A stretch of 64,000 bases of DNA from Flaccisagitta enflata (GCA_965153355.1 OZ231126.1:40052001-40116000); one strand, 5' to 3'; counted from the stretch's first letter, positions 36,001-50,942 are shown. The notes: generated by a model not told the origin, from the letters alone. Numbers and translations are program-made.

Positions 36001-38460
36001 ACAACCCACTATGTCAGTCTGTTGGTTGGTCAGTCAGTTGATCAGTTGGTCTGTCAGGCGATCTTGACTGACCTCAAATATTGCCCATGCCCACCCACAC
36101 GTTAATGGGGAAGCATTCTTTTTAAATTGATTACAGTTTCAGTTGATGGCATTTTCCATTTTTGTCTGTCCGTCAATTGCCTGTCAGTCGATAATGATTG
36201 CCCAGGAATGTGTGAGTGTGTGGGGAGGGGGCGAAGTATATGCCCCGGTACTAATGTATGTTTGCTGTAAAGGTTATGAAATAAGATATCCCGAACCACT
36301 TGCCTTATGTTTCCCTGTGTCAATCTGTAGCAAGGGAACAATATTCCATGCAGCTAACTTGCTGTAGCTTGCAGCAGCTTGCAACAGCTTGTAGCAGCTT
36401 GCAGCATCTTGCATCAGCTTGCAGGAGCATGCAACAAAAGAAAATGTTTCCAGCAGACAATCAACAAGTTAAAACTGACTTAAATATGATTTTGGACCAA
36501 ATTTTCAAAAGCAATGAGAGCTGGAATGGTGAAATATCACAAGGAGCTTGCTTGCTTGCTGCAACTTACTGCAGCTTTCTGCACACTAACTGAAGCTTGC
36601 TACAGCTTGCTACAAAGGTAAAATATACCCAGTTGTAATAGATTTACAAAATTCTAACTGAGATCATTCAGTAAATCATGTCCACTATATTGTGGTCACG
36701 ATCATCTTTGTGATCAAATTTTCAAAATCTACGGGACAATTAGGACATTGCTGCAAACCAGAGAAGTTTCAGCAGCTTATTCTCTTGCTGCAGGTAGGGC
36801 TTGCTTTCCTAAACAAGTGTCAATTCACAAAAAAAAAAAAAACTGCAATCACTCAGGAAATCATTCTCTTAAATTGTTCTGCATTGCATTTTTCATCAAA
36901 TTCTCAAACAACAAACTTGCTGTAATTGATCACCCAAAGTGCAGCAATTTGCAGCAACCACTGTATTCTTTACTGTTTCACTGTCTTTTGCACACAGCTA
37001 CACCAAGCAGCATTACCAACTATCTTTTAGTGTTACAACCAAAGCATCTATCATGTAACGTGAGACTCAGAGGATCAAAGAGACATGACAAACTTGAGTT
37101 TTGGCCACAAATTCTTAGGTCTTATATAGATAACAAACTTAGTGGGTGAGGGCGATTTTTTCAGCAACTTTGGGCACAGGAAATGATGCAGATCGTTCAG
37201 GATGATACTTCTGCAGAGTTTAGTCGCCTACTGGGAAAGAAATTGGTTCTCTCCCGTCCCTAATTAAAGATACTTCAATTTTACCATGAATTTCATTCCA
37301 TTTATTTGATTTCTTTATTGTACACAATATGTAAAACAAAAAGTGTCTTATTGTCAGGCACAGTAATTTGCTTCAAAGAAAATGGGTGTTGAATTTCAAT
37401 CTTATGTCATTTCAAAACGACTTAAGTTAGAAGTTTCTGCTTGGTCTAGATTTGTAGAGTTTTTGAAGCTCTTTAAAATGCTCATGGATTTTAAGTAAAA
37501 AGTATGTGCAGTATTCAGTCAATCATAAAAAACTGAGCGTCCGGTTTTTATTTTGACCACTGTTACTTGAATGAACCTTCACAGTTTGACTAGAAAGTGA
37601 AAAATGGTGCAGTATCAAAAAAAAAAAAAAAAAAAAACAAGTTGCAAGGGTGTTTTTGAGGTTTCATCCCTAAATGCCTTAAAGTGCATTAATAGCAAGC
37701 ACTAAACTGCCTAACTGTGGGCGAGAACCATAAAAAATCCATGACCCTTTGAAAGCTCTGCGAGAAATCTTCCAAATGGGATGTTGCTGGTCACTGTAGC
37801 TTTATTCGTTTAGAAATGGCAAAGGTTTGAAGAAAAAAATCACTGATTGAAAAAATGCTCATTTCATATTTTTCCAATGAACAATTTTAGTCTTTCCATT
37901 TTTGACAATGATGCAGCACAAGATTATCTTAGCCACTCTTTATCCATGAGCAAATTTAAGAGCTTCAAATTTTCTTCAAAATGGCGCCAATAACAAATTT
38001 TTAACTCAATGCGTTTAACTTTTATGTTAGAATAAAGATAAGCGATGAACATCACATAGTAGATTTCCAAATTATTTACCACTTGTCTTCATCCTAACGC
38101 CATTTCTAAACGGATAGAGCTAGGACATCCAGCAAGGTCTCATTTGAATGGTCTTTTGCAGAGCTTCAAAATAGTCATGGATTTTGTTATGTTTTTCTCA
38201 TTGCTTGGATGTGAAACACTGACAAACAAGCAGTTCGACTTTTTTTGTTGCCAAAGTTAGCTTTTTCCCCAACAGATTTTTGGTACATCAACTTCACACT
38301 TCTGTTACTTTCAAATCGTTTGACCGACATAATTGTGCTTGGAGGAATATGCTTCATTTTTTGAAACTCTTTAATTCTATCATGGATTTTTTTTAGATCT
38401 ATCAATAAATACCTGCAATATAACATGTAAAAGACCTAAAACTTTTTTTGAGCTGCACTG
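33017..38460. mobile_element. Large non-autonomous Tc1/mariner-type element with long degenerate inverted arms and many nested repeats
   Basis: TIR CAGTGCGGCTCAAAAAAAAGTTTTAGG / CCTAAAACTTTTTTTGAGCTGCACTG with TA on both sides. Internal inverted matches, e.g. AAAAACCGGACGCT at ~33140 versus AGCGTCCGGTTTTT at ~37536. No transposase ORF. Confidence 0.75.
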
Positions 38461-40267
38461 TAGGCTGAAAATAATGTGGAGAGAGAAAGGAAGAAAAGAT
38501 AGTTCAAAGAAAGTGAGAAGGAAGAAATTTTCCAAGAAAACTCCATAAGACATGATGAAGAAGAGAGTGAGGAGAACAAGAATGAAATGGGGGAGGCAGC
38601 AGAAAAAGGATCAAGAAAACGTTTGATGCAGACTGAAATTGTGAAATGGGTAAAACAAAAAGAACAAGGCCAAGTTTTGTGCGCCTCACTGATTAAGAAG
38701 ATGTGAGTTAACGTTTTGGCCTGATGAATAAATAAATGAGTAAATGAATGAATGATTGAATAAATGAATGAATCAATGAATGAACCAATGGATAAATGAA
38801 TGAATGAATGAATGAATGAATGAATGAATGAATGAATGAATGAATGAATGAATAAACGACTAAATGGAATTAAATTTTGGAAGGCAGGTGATGTTACAGG
38901 AATGAAGGACGTCGGAATCAGCAGTATTTGGCAGTTAGTGTGACAGCAAAAAAATAAGGTGCCAGTATTTATTTTCGTTGTTGGTGGATTTCCGTTACGC
39001 GGGTCCATGCGCGTGTTGTTGGGACTACGAAACAGGATACTGAAAGTTAAGCTAAGGCTTCGCGAAATGATTAATTACTGGTGTAAATCACGCCGCTACA
39101 AAGTGAAATTCAAAAGAGATCAAGCCACGGTTTGGTTCTTTCTCTCTGCAATGAAAAATGTAATTTCCAAGTCAAATTCTTGGCTCTCTAAATAACAGAA
39201 ATTTTTTTGAAAAAACGCTTTTGTAAAATTAACCAAACGGCTAGATCAGTATTCCTTTAGTTACTAAAACAAAGCATCGCAGATAGCTTCAGATCATTTG
39301 AATTAGGCTTAACTGCCTATAGTGCCTAGGTACTGAAAAGATTTCAACTGAAAAAGAACATTGATTTAAAGGAAAATAGAAAACTGAAAAATTCTTGTTT
39401 TGAGCTGTGCTAATTTGACTTTATGATCTCTATCGAAACGATTTAAAGCAATTCCTGTAATTTGACTAGGAAAGCCAGTATCATTTACTAGTACAGGTTT
39501 GTTTTGATTAAGATTTTAGCATTAAATTAAAATGATCATGAATTACGCTTTAAGCTTTCGCTCATAAACTCTCCCAAGTCTCCCATCCATCGGCCATCCA
39601 ATTCATCCACAAGTGCTGTGTAGCAATCTACGTGACACTCTTCAGTCACGTGCAAGCGACTCTATAACCCGCTTGGTCGGCCAGTCGGTTGGTCAGAGGG
39701 CCAGTCCGTCAGTCGGTGACACATTGCTTATTCGGCCTTTGCACGTGTATTTTCCATGACAGTTCATGCCCAAATGCTGTCTTTTTACTGCCCCCGCCCA
39801 CTCTCGCGCGATTTGGGTAGTAATTTACCGGCCTTGTTGGTTCTTTTGTTTTATTTTCATGTAGTCCTGAGTTTTACCAGAGTAAGAGCGTGCCCAGGCT
39901 GAGATTCAATTTTGGCTATTTTTTGTTTCGTATCGTATTACAATTAATTAAAATCATTCGGATTCTTCCAAAAAATTGGTAGTTTTTTTTCTTGAAAACA
40001 GCTTTGTTTATGGTTTTCCTAGGAAATTTGGTATCATAATGAATAATATTGAACAAGTTTTTAACTTTCAATGCAAGTAATACTACTGATTGATGTATTT
40101 GTACAATAATGTGCATCCATACGTCTAGGAAATTAGGTTCAATTTTAGAGAACTTGAGTATCGAAACGGCCAAGAATTCATTTCAGTTGTATTGTAATAA
40201 CAAAGAAGAATGCATACGATTAGTCACTAAATGTGCTGCAATTAAGAAGTCATCATCGATCCTTGTA

Positions 40268-40538
40268 CAGTTAAGCTTCACTAGAAGGCATCTCAAGGGA
40301 CCAGTGGATTTCATGCCTTCAAGGCGGGGTGCCTTATAGCCAAGCATGAACATTTCTGCACCATACTGAATACATAAGGCTCAAATATGCGCTATAGTGA
40401 AATTTGCCTTATAGGCGGGTGCCTTATATGCGGGGCTTTTCAACAAAGGGATTAAAAGACAAAAGTTGGGACTTTTCTGATCATGCCTTGATGCGAGGGA
40501 TGCCTTATTAGCGGGTGCGCTCTAGTGAAGCTTGACTG
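40268..40538. mobile_element. pogo/Tc1-type MITE (271 bp)
   Basis: TIR CAGTTAAGCTTCACTAGA / TCTAGTGAAGCTTGACTG, TA TSD. Confidence 0.85.
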
Positions 40539-41639
40539 TATGTACCTTAGCTTAGGCGGAAGTGAATGATTTTGATTAATATTAACTTTTCTGCGTTTAT
40601 GTAAACGTTGACTGCTGCAATTAACTTCTTTTTCTGGTCACGGATACGACTGTCTATAACCTAGTCCGTTGGTTTGTCGAATCGTTAATGGGTCGGTCAG
40701 TTAGCCAATCTGTCCGTCAGTGTCCGTCGTTCCGCCAGTCAGTCAGTTGTGACCTGGTCCGTCGGTTTTTCAAATCGTTAATGGGTCGGTCTGTTAGCAT
40801 GTCTGTCCGTCAGTGTCCGTCGTTCCGTCAGTCAGTCAGTCCGTCCGTGTCCATCAGTCCGTTGGTCACAAAGTTTCTTTTTGAAGTTTTCCGCACCTGC
40901 CTACCCTTCGGCGATTAATGTTGCAGTGTATCCGTCCTTGTTAGATGCGTCTTTCAGGAACGCATCTCTATAAGAGGGTCTGTCCGTCCGTCGGTCCGTC
41001 CGTCCGTCCGTATGTCCGTTACGCAAGTGCAAAAACCGCGTTTCTCGCTTGTTTTTGGCCACAGTGAGATCCTATACTGAAACAAATGATCGACTAACAT
41101 GTTTTGAGAGCCTCGTTTCACCCGTCTGTTTGTCCATCTATCTCTCCATATATGTCACATGATCAATACACGCAGAGACACAGCCCGGACGCATCGTTGC
41201 CCGGTCGGGCTTGTTTCATATACAAACTGAAGGCAACTTGGCATATTTACTCGTGGGGATGGTTCCACTTATGCTAATGGTGGCCATTTTAAGCAGGAAA
41301 AAACCTCCAAGAAAGAAAACGTATTCTATATGAAATGAGAAAGATAGAATAAAAGAAGAAAAGCGATGAGGAAGTTTGAAGCAACAGAAACGAATTTTCT
41401 TGATATGAATGATCTTTTATTCGTCAGAATATGACAGAGGCATACAACATACACACATAACTAAAAAACTAAAAAACTAAATCCGCAACATGATATGTTT
41501 TAATATAACGAGTCATCTACCATCATGTAATTGCAATTGAAAGGTTTCTTTACTCTATCCAAATTTTCCATCGAATGAATGTAATCATAAGAGACTACAA
41601 GGAAAAGCACCAATTGCTGAAATGATAAGAAGGTAAGGA

Positions 41640-42130
41640 ATAATGAAAAAGGCGAAGAAAGTAGTAAAGAGGGAGAAGAGGAAGAAGAAGAAGAAAAAAG
41701 GAGAAAAAGAAGAAAAAGAAGAAGGTGAAGATGAAAAAGAAGAAAGAGAAGAAGAAGAAAGAGAAGAAGAAGAAAAGGAAAAAGAAGAAGAAGAAGAAGA
41801 AGAAGAAGAAGAAGAAGAAGAAGAAGAAGAAGAAGAAGAAGAAGAAGAAGGAGAAGAAGAAAGAAGAAGAAGAAGAAGAAGAAGAAGAAGAAGAAGAAGA
41901 AGAAGAAGAAGAAGAAGAAGAAGAAGAAGAAGAAGAAGAATACATAGAAGAAGATGAAGAAGAAGTAGAAGTAAGAGAAAAGAGAAAAAGAAGAATAAGA
42001 AGAAGAAGGAGAAGAAGAAGAAGAAGTAAAAGAAAAAGAAGAAGAATACATAGAAGAAGATGAAGAAGAAGTAGAAGTAAGAGAAGAAGAATAAGAAGAA
42101 TAAGAAGAGAAAACAAAGTACGAGAAGAAG
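41640..42130. repeat. (GAA)n-based compound microsatellite, representative of many SSRs
   Basis: Direct reading. Other long SSRs include (GA/TC)n at ~5140, 8797, 11313, 13093 and 42355, (CAA/TTG)n at 5995, 8332, 46826 and 55218, and (CAT)n at 60766. Confidence 0.95.
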
Positions 42131-42351
42131 CAGAACGGAATACAGAACTCAAAGCTGGGATTTGAGCATCAGGCGTGGTATTTGATGGTATTTAGCGCAC
42201 AAGGGGGGGGGGGCCCGATGAAGAAGAAGGAGAAGAAATGTCTAGGTATGTTAAAGCATAGTTCACTGGCCACTTCGGGGCCGCTGCCCAGAAGAAAGAA
42301 AGGCTTGGGTGGAAGTGATGAAAAAGAAGTGAATTGTCGGCGATCCTTTTA

Positions 42352-42449
<98 letters not shown>

Positions 42450-42568
42450 AGGGAAAACGGCGGCGCTTCCTTCAGATCAATCACGACTTTTCTTCTTGCC
42501 ATCCATTAAAAGAAACGGAGAGGAAACACAAAATGAGAAACACAGGAGGAAAGGGAAAAGAAAAGGAT

Positions 42569-42646
<78 letters not shown>

Positions 42647-43726
42647 GAAAGAAATAGAGGCGGGCAGATTGTCAAACAAACAGGACGGCCAAGAGCACGT
42701 TGTAAACAGATTCGTGAATTACATGAAGGAATGATTGGAGGACTGAAAAAAAACTTTCGGTAAGAGGATATGTCATTCAACCGAGTATACTGAATTTATT
42801 CCATTCCTTGTTGATCGATATTTACCATTGAAAGCTTGCTGGTCAAGGCCGTTATATATTAGCTCCAGAACATCAATACAAATAACGGCGGGACTGTTAT
42901 ATTACAATCTTTCAGAAACTTCTCGCATGTATCACAATATTGAGGTTTACAGACTTTTATGACCAAATTGACATTAGAACATAACTACATAATCTTAGTA
43001 GAACCATCACACGTATACCCTCCCTCTAATTACCATACTTTTCAATGGCAGCTTCATTAAATGATGACGTCCTTGTTAAACATAAGAGTATACATAATTG
43101 GTGCCTTGGAGTGGAGCTAAACAATGATATAATCATTTTGATTTCCATGGCTAGTACACACCCGTGTGATTGGGTAAGGGCATGCAGTGATGCGAAAAAC
43201 GCCCACAAACTCTCTAGGAGCAAAGTGACACATGGACCGAGAGACAAAACGTTGCCTACGTTGCGTGCGTTACAGGCGCGCGACTTAAACAAACGCGGAT
43301 GAAAGACTAGTGAGAAATTAAGAGTAATTAAAGGAACCATTTTCTTCTTTCTTCGTCCATCTCGCTTGGCTGATTTTTCCGACCACAATCCGAACTGAAC
43401 TGCGCCTCTTCCGATTGGCTTCCGAATTAAGCTGAGTCTTCCGACGGGCTTCCGAAATTCCCTAATGTCCTCTTAAATGAGAAGGCAAACACTTTTTTCT
43501 TTTTCCTTCTTTTTTAGTCGCGTGCACGCGACTCTACACCCCGCTTTGTCCGTCCGTCGGTTGGTCGGTTGGTTGGTTGGTCGGTCTGTCAGTCCATCAC
43601 ACTTTTACTTTTTTTTCAATTTTATTTCTTTAAGTCATTTGAAGTCATTTAAGAGTATGCTGAGTCATTCTAAGTCATTCTGTCAATCTTGTCCTGCACG
43701 CGACTTATGGGTGTTGGCCTTGTTTT

Positions 43727-43786
<60 letters not shown>

Positions 43787-44370
43787 AGCGTCCTCTCAAT
43801 GTCAGCCAGGAAAACATGTTTCTAAGCAACGAACATAAAAGGGAACAAAAGAGTCACATGATTCCACCCTTACTACAACTTAACTTTCTAGCTGTCTTTC
43901 TTTCGGTCTTTTTATTTGGCTGTCTTTCCACATGTATGTCTGTCTATCTGTCTGTCTGTCTGTCTGTCGATCTGTCTGTCTTTCTGCGTGCATGTCTCTC
44001 TATCTGTCCACATTTCTGTCTATCTGTCTGTCTGACTGTGTCTGTCCCTCTGTCTGACATTATGTCCTCCTTACAACCACAAAAGCAATATTCTCAGAGT
44101 TTTTCCATTTATCCTTTTTTTTCTTGCTTCACTTTTTTTTTCAATTCAATTCTGTATTATTCTCTCTTTTAACCTGTGTTTACATTCCTTCCATCTTTTT
44201 TCCCTTTCCATTTTTACATCTCTTCATTTGTACAAGAAACAAGACCGGCTAAATGGCTACTCCAGTTGCGTGCGGGTGTGCAGGGGCAGTATTTGAGTCA
44301 CTAGTGGAGATTGAGTCTACCCTCTTCAGTATATCAACCTAAGAGTGAAACTTTAGTGAATATCAATTGT

Positions 44371-45210
44371 CAGGAAAAAAGTCGAAGTCAGTCTTCGACT
44401 TTTTGACATATTTGAAAGAAATATGGTTTTCATTTTCTTACAAAAAAGTTGAGGCTCTCGTATGGCTGATTGGTCCCTCAAAAAAATTGATAGGGTAAGT
44501 AAATTTGATAATTCTCTTTCATTTGGCGCCAAGCAGAGTGCTCTACAACAAATATTTTTTGCTTTATGATTTTTTAAAGATTTATTTACGAAAAATTGAA
44601 ATTGATTTTTTTCAATTTTTTATGAATTTCTGTAGGATCGATAAAGGAGTGTATCTAAGTTTGTTTGAGCATGCAAATACAAGAAAAAATGTTTATGAGC
44701 ATAGCTGCTCATCTGTGAGGGCGATTTTGAGCATTCTAGCTCATTTAGCTCATTTAGCTCATTTTTTAAAATTTCAAATGCAATAAATGAATAAATATAT
44801 TGATACATGTTTAACCAAGCAAATACAAGAAAGCTTGTCAGCGAGCAGAGCTGCTCATCTGTCAGGGTGTTTTTAAGTATACTAGCTCATTTAGCTCATT
44901 TTCCTCGCTCTTTTTTTCTGATTTTATAACAAATAAATAATTGAATGTTTTGATTTAAACATGCAAATACAAGCAAGCATGTCAGTGAGCATAGCTAGTT
45001 GTCTGGTTGCGTGATTTTGAATATTTTAGCTCATCTAGCACATTAGGCTCAGTCCTATTTTTCTCTGATTTTCAGTGCAATCATTGTATTCAATAGCTCT
45101 TGATTTGATCTAACAAATACAAAGAATTGCAGTGACTGAAGACAAAAGCTTGGTGAAAAGTGAACAACGCTTACAACTTTTTTCCCCACGGCGACAGCCG
45201 CCATTACTGG
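44371..45210 (+). mobile_element. Dispersed repeat (Helentron-associated-like) with internal ~130-bp repeats
   Basis: Colinear with 56349-57125; palindromic 5' end. Confidence 0.65.
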
Positions 45211-46099
45211 TATATTCTTTAGTGGATCAACCTAAAAGTGAAACATTACTGGAGATTCACTGCTTCCTCTTTAGTGGATCAACCCAAGAATGAAGCCTCA
45301 AATAAAAGTAGTAATGTAAATCTATTTAACATTTTTATTCAAAGCTTACATATTGTACCATACTCGGCAAGAGAATAGTTTTAGCTTTCTTTTGATATAT
45401 CACATGATATGATTAAAGTAATAGGTGCACTACAATTAACTATGATTGATGAGGATATCTCTAGACGTCTCTGTCACGTTTTTGGCCCAACACCATCACT
45501 TCTCTCTCTGAAAATAGAAGTTTTCTGAGATCTTCTTTTATTTTCCATATAAATAACATGCAGTTTCTTTGGCTCATCGCGTCAAGCCGCGTGGTCGTAG
45601 AGATAAAATGAAAACAGATTTGAATTTGTCATGTTTTGGAGATTTTAAGTGTAGCTCGCCTTAACTCAACGCGGCTTGGTTAGGCCACAACTGCCTTTTG
45701 TTTAAAGCTTCAACAACTATAGAATTTATTGGACAATTTTTTTCAAAAAAAAAAAATATGTTGTGATGATGATAGGTATTAATAAAAAAAATTCCTCGTA
45801 CTAGAACATTTTCATGCCCTTGTCATGGCTTGGGCGTGCAAGGAGTCAAAGAAGTCATTTCCGACACAGTATGTTTCTTGCAAGCTCCATGAAACTTAAC
45901 TAATGTTACGTTTCTAATAAAAGAACTATATCCTGTTTGGACTTAAGTAGATCAACTCGAGAGTGAAGCCACAATAGAGATCAGTTATATCTTCCATAGA
46001 GGATCATCTCAGCAGTGAAAGCTCAATTTATGAGCTTTGACCCGCAAGGTATAACAGACTCATTTCGTAGCATCTGCGAGATAACTCATGGCCATAGTC

Positions 46100-46735
46100 A
46101 TAACGGAAACGACTATTGCCGGCCTCACCATGTCGACCGACTAAACCAGAGCCATCTATGCCATAGACGACTTGAGATGGCCGGAGGAACAGAATCATCT
46201 ATGCCATAGTCGGCTTCTGATGGCCGGCCAGACTGTCTTGAAAATTCTTTCAGGTCAAATACTAGAAAATAACTTGCCGGCTCATTTCACTGAATCGTCT
46301 ATGCCATCAACACTGCTACTAACTGGTCTTATAAGAGCCATCTATGGCATAAATTATGGGGCCCTCCCGTCTCAAAAGAGCCATCTACGGCAAAGAATTT
46401 GAATTGGCCGTTCTCACCAGATCTATCCATGGTATTGGCGAGTTGTAACAGAGCCGTTAATGAAAAAGACTATAGTATCGGCTGATCTTACCAGAGCCAT
46501 CTATGGCACAAACTATGGTGCTGCAGGATTGGACAAAAGACATCTATGGTGTAGATCATAATGCCAGCCGATCATACCCAAGTCATCTATGATGTAAACT
46601 GTGGTGCTGGCCGATCTTACCTAGGTCATCTGTGGCATATGCTATGGTGCCGGCCGATCTTACCTAAGTCATCTGTGGCATATACTATGGTGCCGGCCGA
46701 TCTTACCAGAGCCATCTATGGTACGGACGATGGTG
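46100..46735. repeat. Degenerate ~43-bp tandem repeat
   Basis: Recurring CCGATCTTACCAGAGCCATCTATGGCA-like units. Confidence 0.7.
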
Positions 46736-46915
46736 CGTTTCATGGAGCAAATGGAATGATGAAGAGGCGATAGAAACAAAGATGGCCATAAACGAAGGCG
46801 ATGACGGTTATTCACAACCCTCTGACAACAACAACAAAAACAACAAAAACAACAAAAACAACAACAAAAACAACAACAACAAAAACAACAAAAACAACAA
46901 CAACAAAAACAACAA

Positions 46916-46966
<51 letters not shown>

Positions 46967-46970
46967 AACG

Positions 46971-47093
<123 letters not shown>

Positions 47094-47179
47094 ACGACAA
47101 CAGCAGAAACGACAACAGCAGCAACGACAACAGCAGCAACGACAACAGCGACAACAACAACAACAACAACAACAACAGC

Positions 47180-47310
<131 letters not shown>

Positions 47311-48715
47311 GAGCAAATAGAAACAAGAAAGATATCCATCAACGCAGGCGATGATGTTATTCACAGCCGTTCTATGATTAAAGCAGGTTAGGGAGAAGAG
47401 ATGAAAAATGATCAAGTCGATTCTAAAAGCCGAGCCGTTTGGTCGTCGGTTGTTCCATGGGTTGGTCACTGTCAGCTTTTTCGGGATTCGCAGTTCTTTA
47501 AATGCGCGTATATTTTTAGTCGCGTGCTACGCGACTCTACATCCCGCTTTGTCGATCCATTGGTCCGTTGGTCCGTTGGTCCGTCGGTCCGTCCGTCACA
47601 CTTTACTTTTTTGGGGTTTTTGCAGTCTTTGGCCTCACTGCTCCTGCCCAAATGATGAAGTGACCTCAAATATAGCCCCTGCCCACCCGCACGCGACTGG
47701 GGTAGCCGTGTATCCGGCCTTTTCTTCCTTTTGGCATCAAAATAGCCTCCGTCTCGTTACCCCTGCGGCAGGGGCCCTCCCCAACCACAGCGGCACAGCC
47801 TATCATGGTCTTTGACTTGTTCCTGGTTAACCTGCCGAGCCTCCATGAGGACTCTATCCCCAAAACAGAAGCCACAGAAATTCTGAGTTTGGCGGAAGAT
47901 AACCCACATGTTTTCCCCAGTTGCCTGCATTATCTATTTTTAGCAGCATCGCATGAAAGAATCAATGGAAAAAAAGGAATTTCGATGGAAAAACGGTTTG
48001 ACATAGTGACATACAGACGGTATAAAACTACTTTTACTCTCAGTCGCCAGGATTCGATTCGTCTAAACGAGAAGAGAGTGCTGGAGAAAACTGAGACAAA
48101 GAAGATCTCTCCATTAATCAAGATGCATTTTTATCTTTTCATCTTTTAAGAGCTAATGCAACTCAACAATCATTTTTCTCATTTCTAGAGTCTCTCTTAC
48201 TCTCTCTCATCATTTTTTTTTCGTTTGTATCTTTTTCTTTTTTTCTTTTTTCCTTTGTATGTGTTACTCTTTTTTCTTTGTTTCTTTGTTTCTTTGGTTC
48301 ATAACCGCGGAAAGCTAAACTTTGCTACTTTGTTTCTTTGTTTCTTTGTTTCTTTGTTTCTTTGTTTCTTTGTTTCTTTGTTTCTTTGTTTCTTTATTTC
48401 TTTGTTCTTTTGTTTTTTTTTTCTTCTTCTTCTTCTTCATCTTCTTCTTCTTCTTCTTCTTCTTCTTCTTCTTCTTCTTCTTCTTCTTCTTCTTCTCCCT
48501 CTCTCTACGTAGCAGGTAAATAAAGATGATGACTTAATAATAAAAAAAATTAAAAAAAGATAGTAACATAAAATCCTCGAATGAATAAGGTCAGATGGTG
48601 GTTCTGGATGAATGAAATAAAGAGGTGCATGAAATGAAAAATGAGTAATGATGTTTCTTTTTTATTGATAGCAGCATCTCACATTACATTTACGATGAGG
48701 TCAAATTGAACTCAC

Positions 48716-48960
48716 CCAAATTTGACGAAGTTGACGAGAAGTTTGGATGCGGCGTCGGAAGCAGATTTGTCCGTCGGCGTCGAATTCCATTCAGGACGTC
48801 GAGGAAATGCGAAGAAGAGCAAAGACGCGTCGACTCCCAAGGATGAGGATGAAGAGGAGGAAGAGGAGGAGGCGGAGGAGGAGGAGGAAGGTCGATAGTT
48901 CCAATTGTTGGAGGAGGAGGAAACGTAACTCGGATGATGACTCAACTCCCAAAGATAAGC
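48716..48960 (-). CDS. Internal exon of a carboxylesterase/cholinesterase-family (alpha/beta-hydrolase) gene, probably non-catalytic
   Basis: Acceptor TTCCTTCTTTTAG, donor GG|GTGAGT. Translates to AYLWELSHHPS...LGVDASLLFFAFP...TPTDKSASDAASKLLVNFVKFG, matching the family C-terminal pattern YLYEFSHRPS / GVxHxDELxYxF / DxxxSxxxxxxWxNFAKxG. Confidence 0.75.
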
Positions 48961-49884
48961 CTAAAAGAAGGAAACAGGAATTGACTTTAACAAAAGCTTA
49001 AATGAAAAATTGACATGATCACACGAATAGCTCTTACTCGAAAATATGAAAATTGACATGGGCGGAAAGGACAAGTTTGGAGTGTTCTGCAACACTTTCA
49101 AGTACAGGCCGTGAAAAAAGAGTTTGTAGTTATATCTATATTGACAACAAGGCCGCTGCTCTATATACAAGGTGTTATTGTAATAGAGCCTCTAGCGAAG
49201 CTCATCGGTAATTGAAAACTCTCAATGGTACCCAACCAAGCACCACTTTGATACAGCAGTTTTGGAAATCACCTGTGGTGTGCCAACATACACCACTTTC
49301 CTCCTTGCTTTACCCCGCACTTTTTGTACATCAAGTTTGATCAGACGGTAGTGATCTTTCCTTAACTTAATTTACAAAGCAATATCATCCCCGCGAGCAG
49401 GAGACCTTGAATAAGGAAGTTAAGGAATGAAAAAAAACTAATGCGTGTTATATCTTTTTATTTTCATTTTAGAGATGCAAGAAGAGAGCGAAAGGTAAAT
49501 TTAGCTATCTTCAAATTTTTAAGGTATATGAGTGGATTTTAAGGGACCGACAAGTTGTATCACAAGGAAAAGATCTAATAGAGAAAAAGGGAAAAAAGAA
49601 CAACGGTTTAAGAGACCAAGGTATTGCATTTTGCAAATTGGGATAATTGACATTCCTTCTGCTCGGAGATATCATCTGGGCCAAATACCACAAGATATAA
49701 CACCGTGCGCCGCATCTTGCTATCGCTTGCATGCAGCCATCAAAAGCATTTTGCTTACATTTTTATCTTCTTTAGGACAAAGCATTTATATCTTCATGCA
49801 TAGAACCAGTTATAACTTGATGTCTTCATGCTTGCGCTCGCTGCGCATTTATGCGGTTTGATCGCAGCATATCGACTGACCAGA

Positions 49885-49923
<39 letters not shown>

Positions 49924-49940
49924 TTTCTTTCTCTTTCTCT

Positions 49941-50032
<92 letters not shown>

Positions 50033-50419
50033 TTTTAAATTGATAAACAAATTGAAGCTAATATTTCGACTCTCTCAGTTGATTGCCGCCAATGCCGTGG
50101 GTTTGACCAACCAACTATGCGCCAAAATGACACAAAATTCACTGTAGGCTCAGAAGCATCATGTAAATATAAGATAAAAGATAATATTTTTTTTAAAAAA
50201 ATTTATAAAAAAATCATGTTTTTTTTATTATTCTACTAATATTCTAAACATTGAAAAATGTGTTAAAGGTATGAGAGTGTCAAAAAAAAGTTTATGATTT
50301 TCTTGCAAAAACACGAAAATAGTTACATTGTTTTTTAAATCATAAAAAGTCTTTTATGAAATAATTTGTTTTGAACCTTGAGAATTTTTGAAATAGAAAA
50401 AAAATTGAACAAAAAAAAA

Positions 50420-50942
50420 TTTTAAAATAATAATTTTTGAAGTGAAGATTTTTTAAAGAAAGATTTTTTAAGTGAAAATAAAAAGGCAAAGAAAATTTGA
50501 ATAAAAAATTTTTCTTTTTTAAAAATAAAAGTTCTTGAAGTGAAAATTTATAAAATGAAAAATTCAGAAAAATACAATTTAAGTGAACAAAATTTTTGTG
50601 AAGAAGATTTTTTTCATGAAAATTTTTGAAATCAAATTTTTTTCAAAAACTTTTGTAATGAAAATTTTTGAAATAAAAATTTTAGTAATGTAAATTTTTG
50701 ATGTAAAAATTTTTAAAGTGAAAATGAAAAAAATTTTTGTTTTAAAGATTTGAAAAGCAAAAATTTCTGAAGTGAGCATTTTTCAGTGAAAAATTTTTAA
50801 GTGAAAATTTTTGAAAGGGAAATTTTCAAAATGAAAATCTGATAAATGAATATTTATGAAGTAGAAATTTTTTTAGTGAAAAGTTTTTTAAATGAAAATT
50901 TTTGAAGTGAAAATTTAAGAAATGAGAATTTTTAAAGTGAAA
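50420..50942. repeat. AT-rich degenerate ~15-bp tandem repeat
   Basis: Recurring TTTTTGAAGTGAAAA-like units. Confidence 0.7.

Noticed and set aside
42825-43120. Possible small minus-strand exons continuing the esterase gene
   Set aside because: Splice-like signals exist, but translations do not match the expected esterase C-terminus.
49200-49410. DDIAL*IKL resembling the trypsin DIALLKL motif on the minus strand
   Set aside because: In-frame stop and no other serine-protease motifs.
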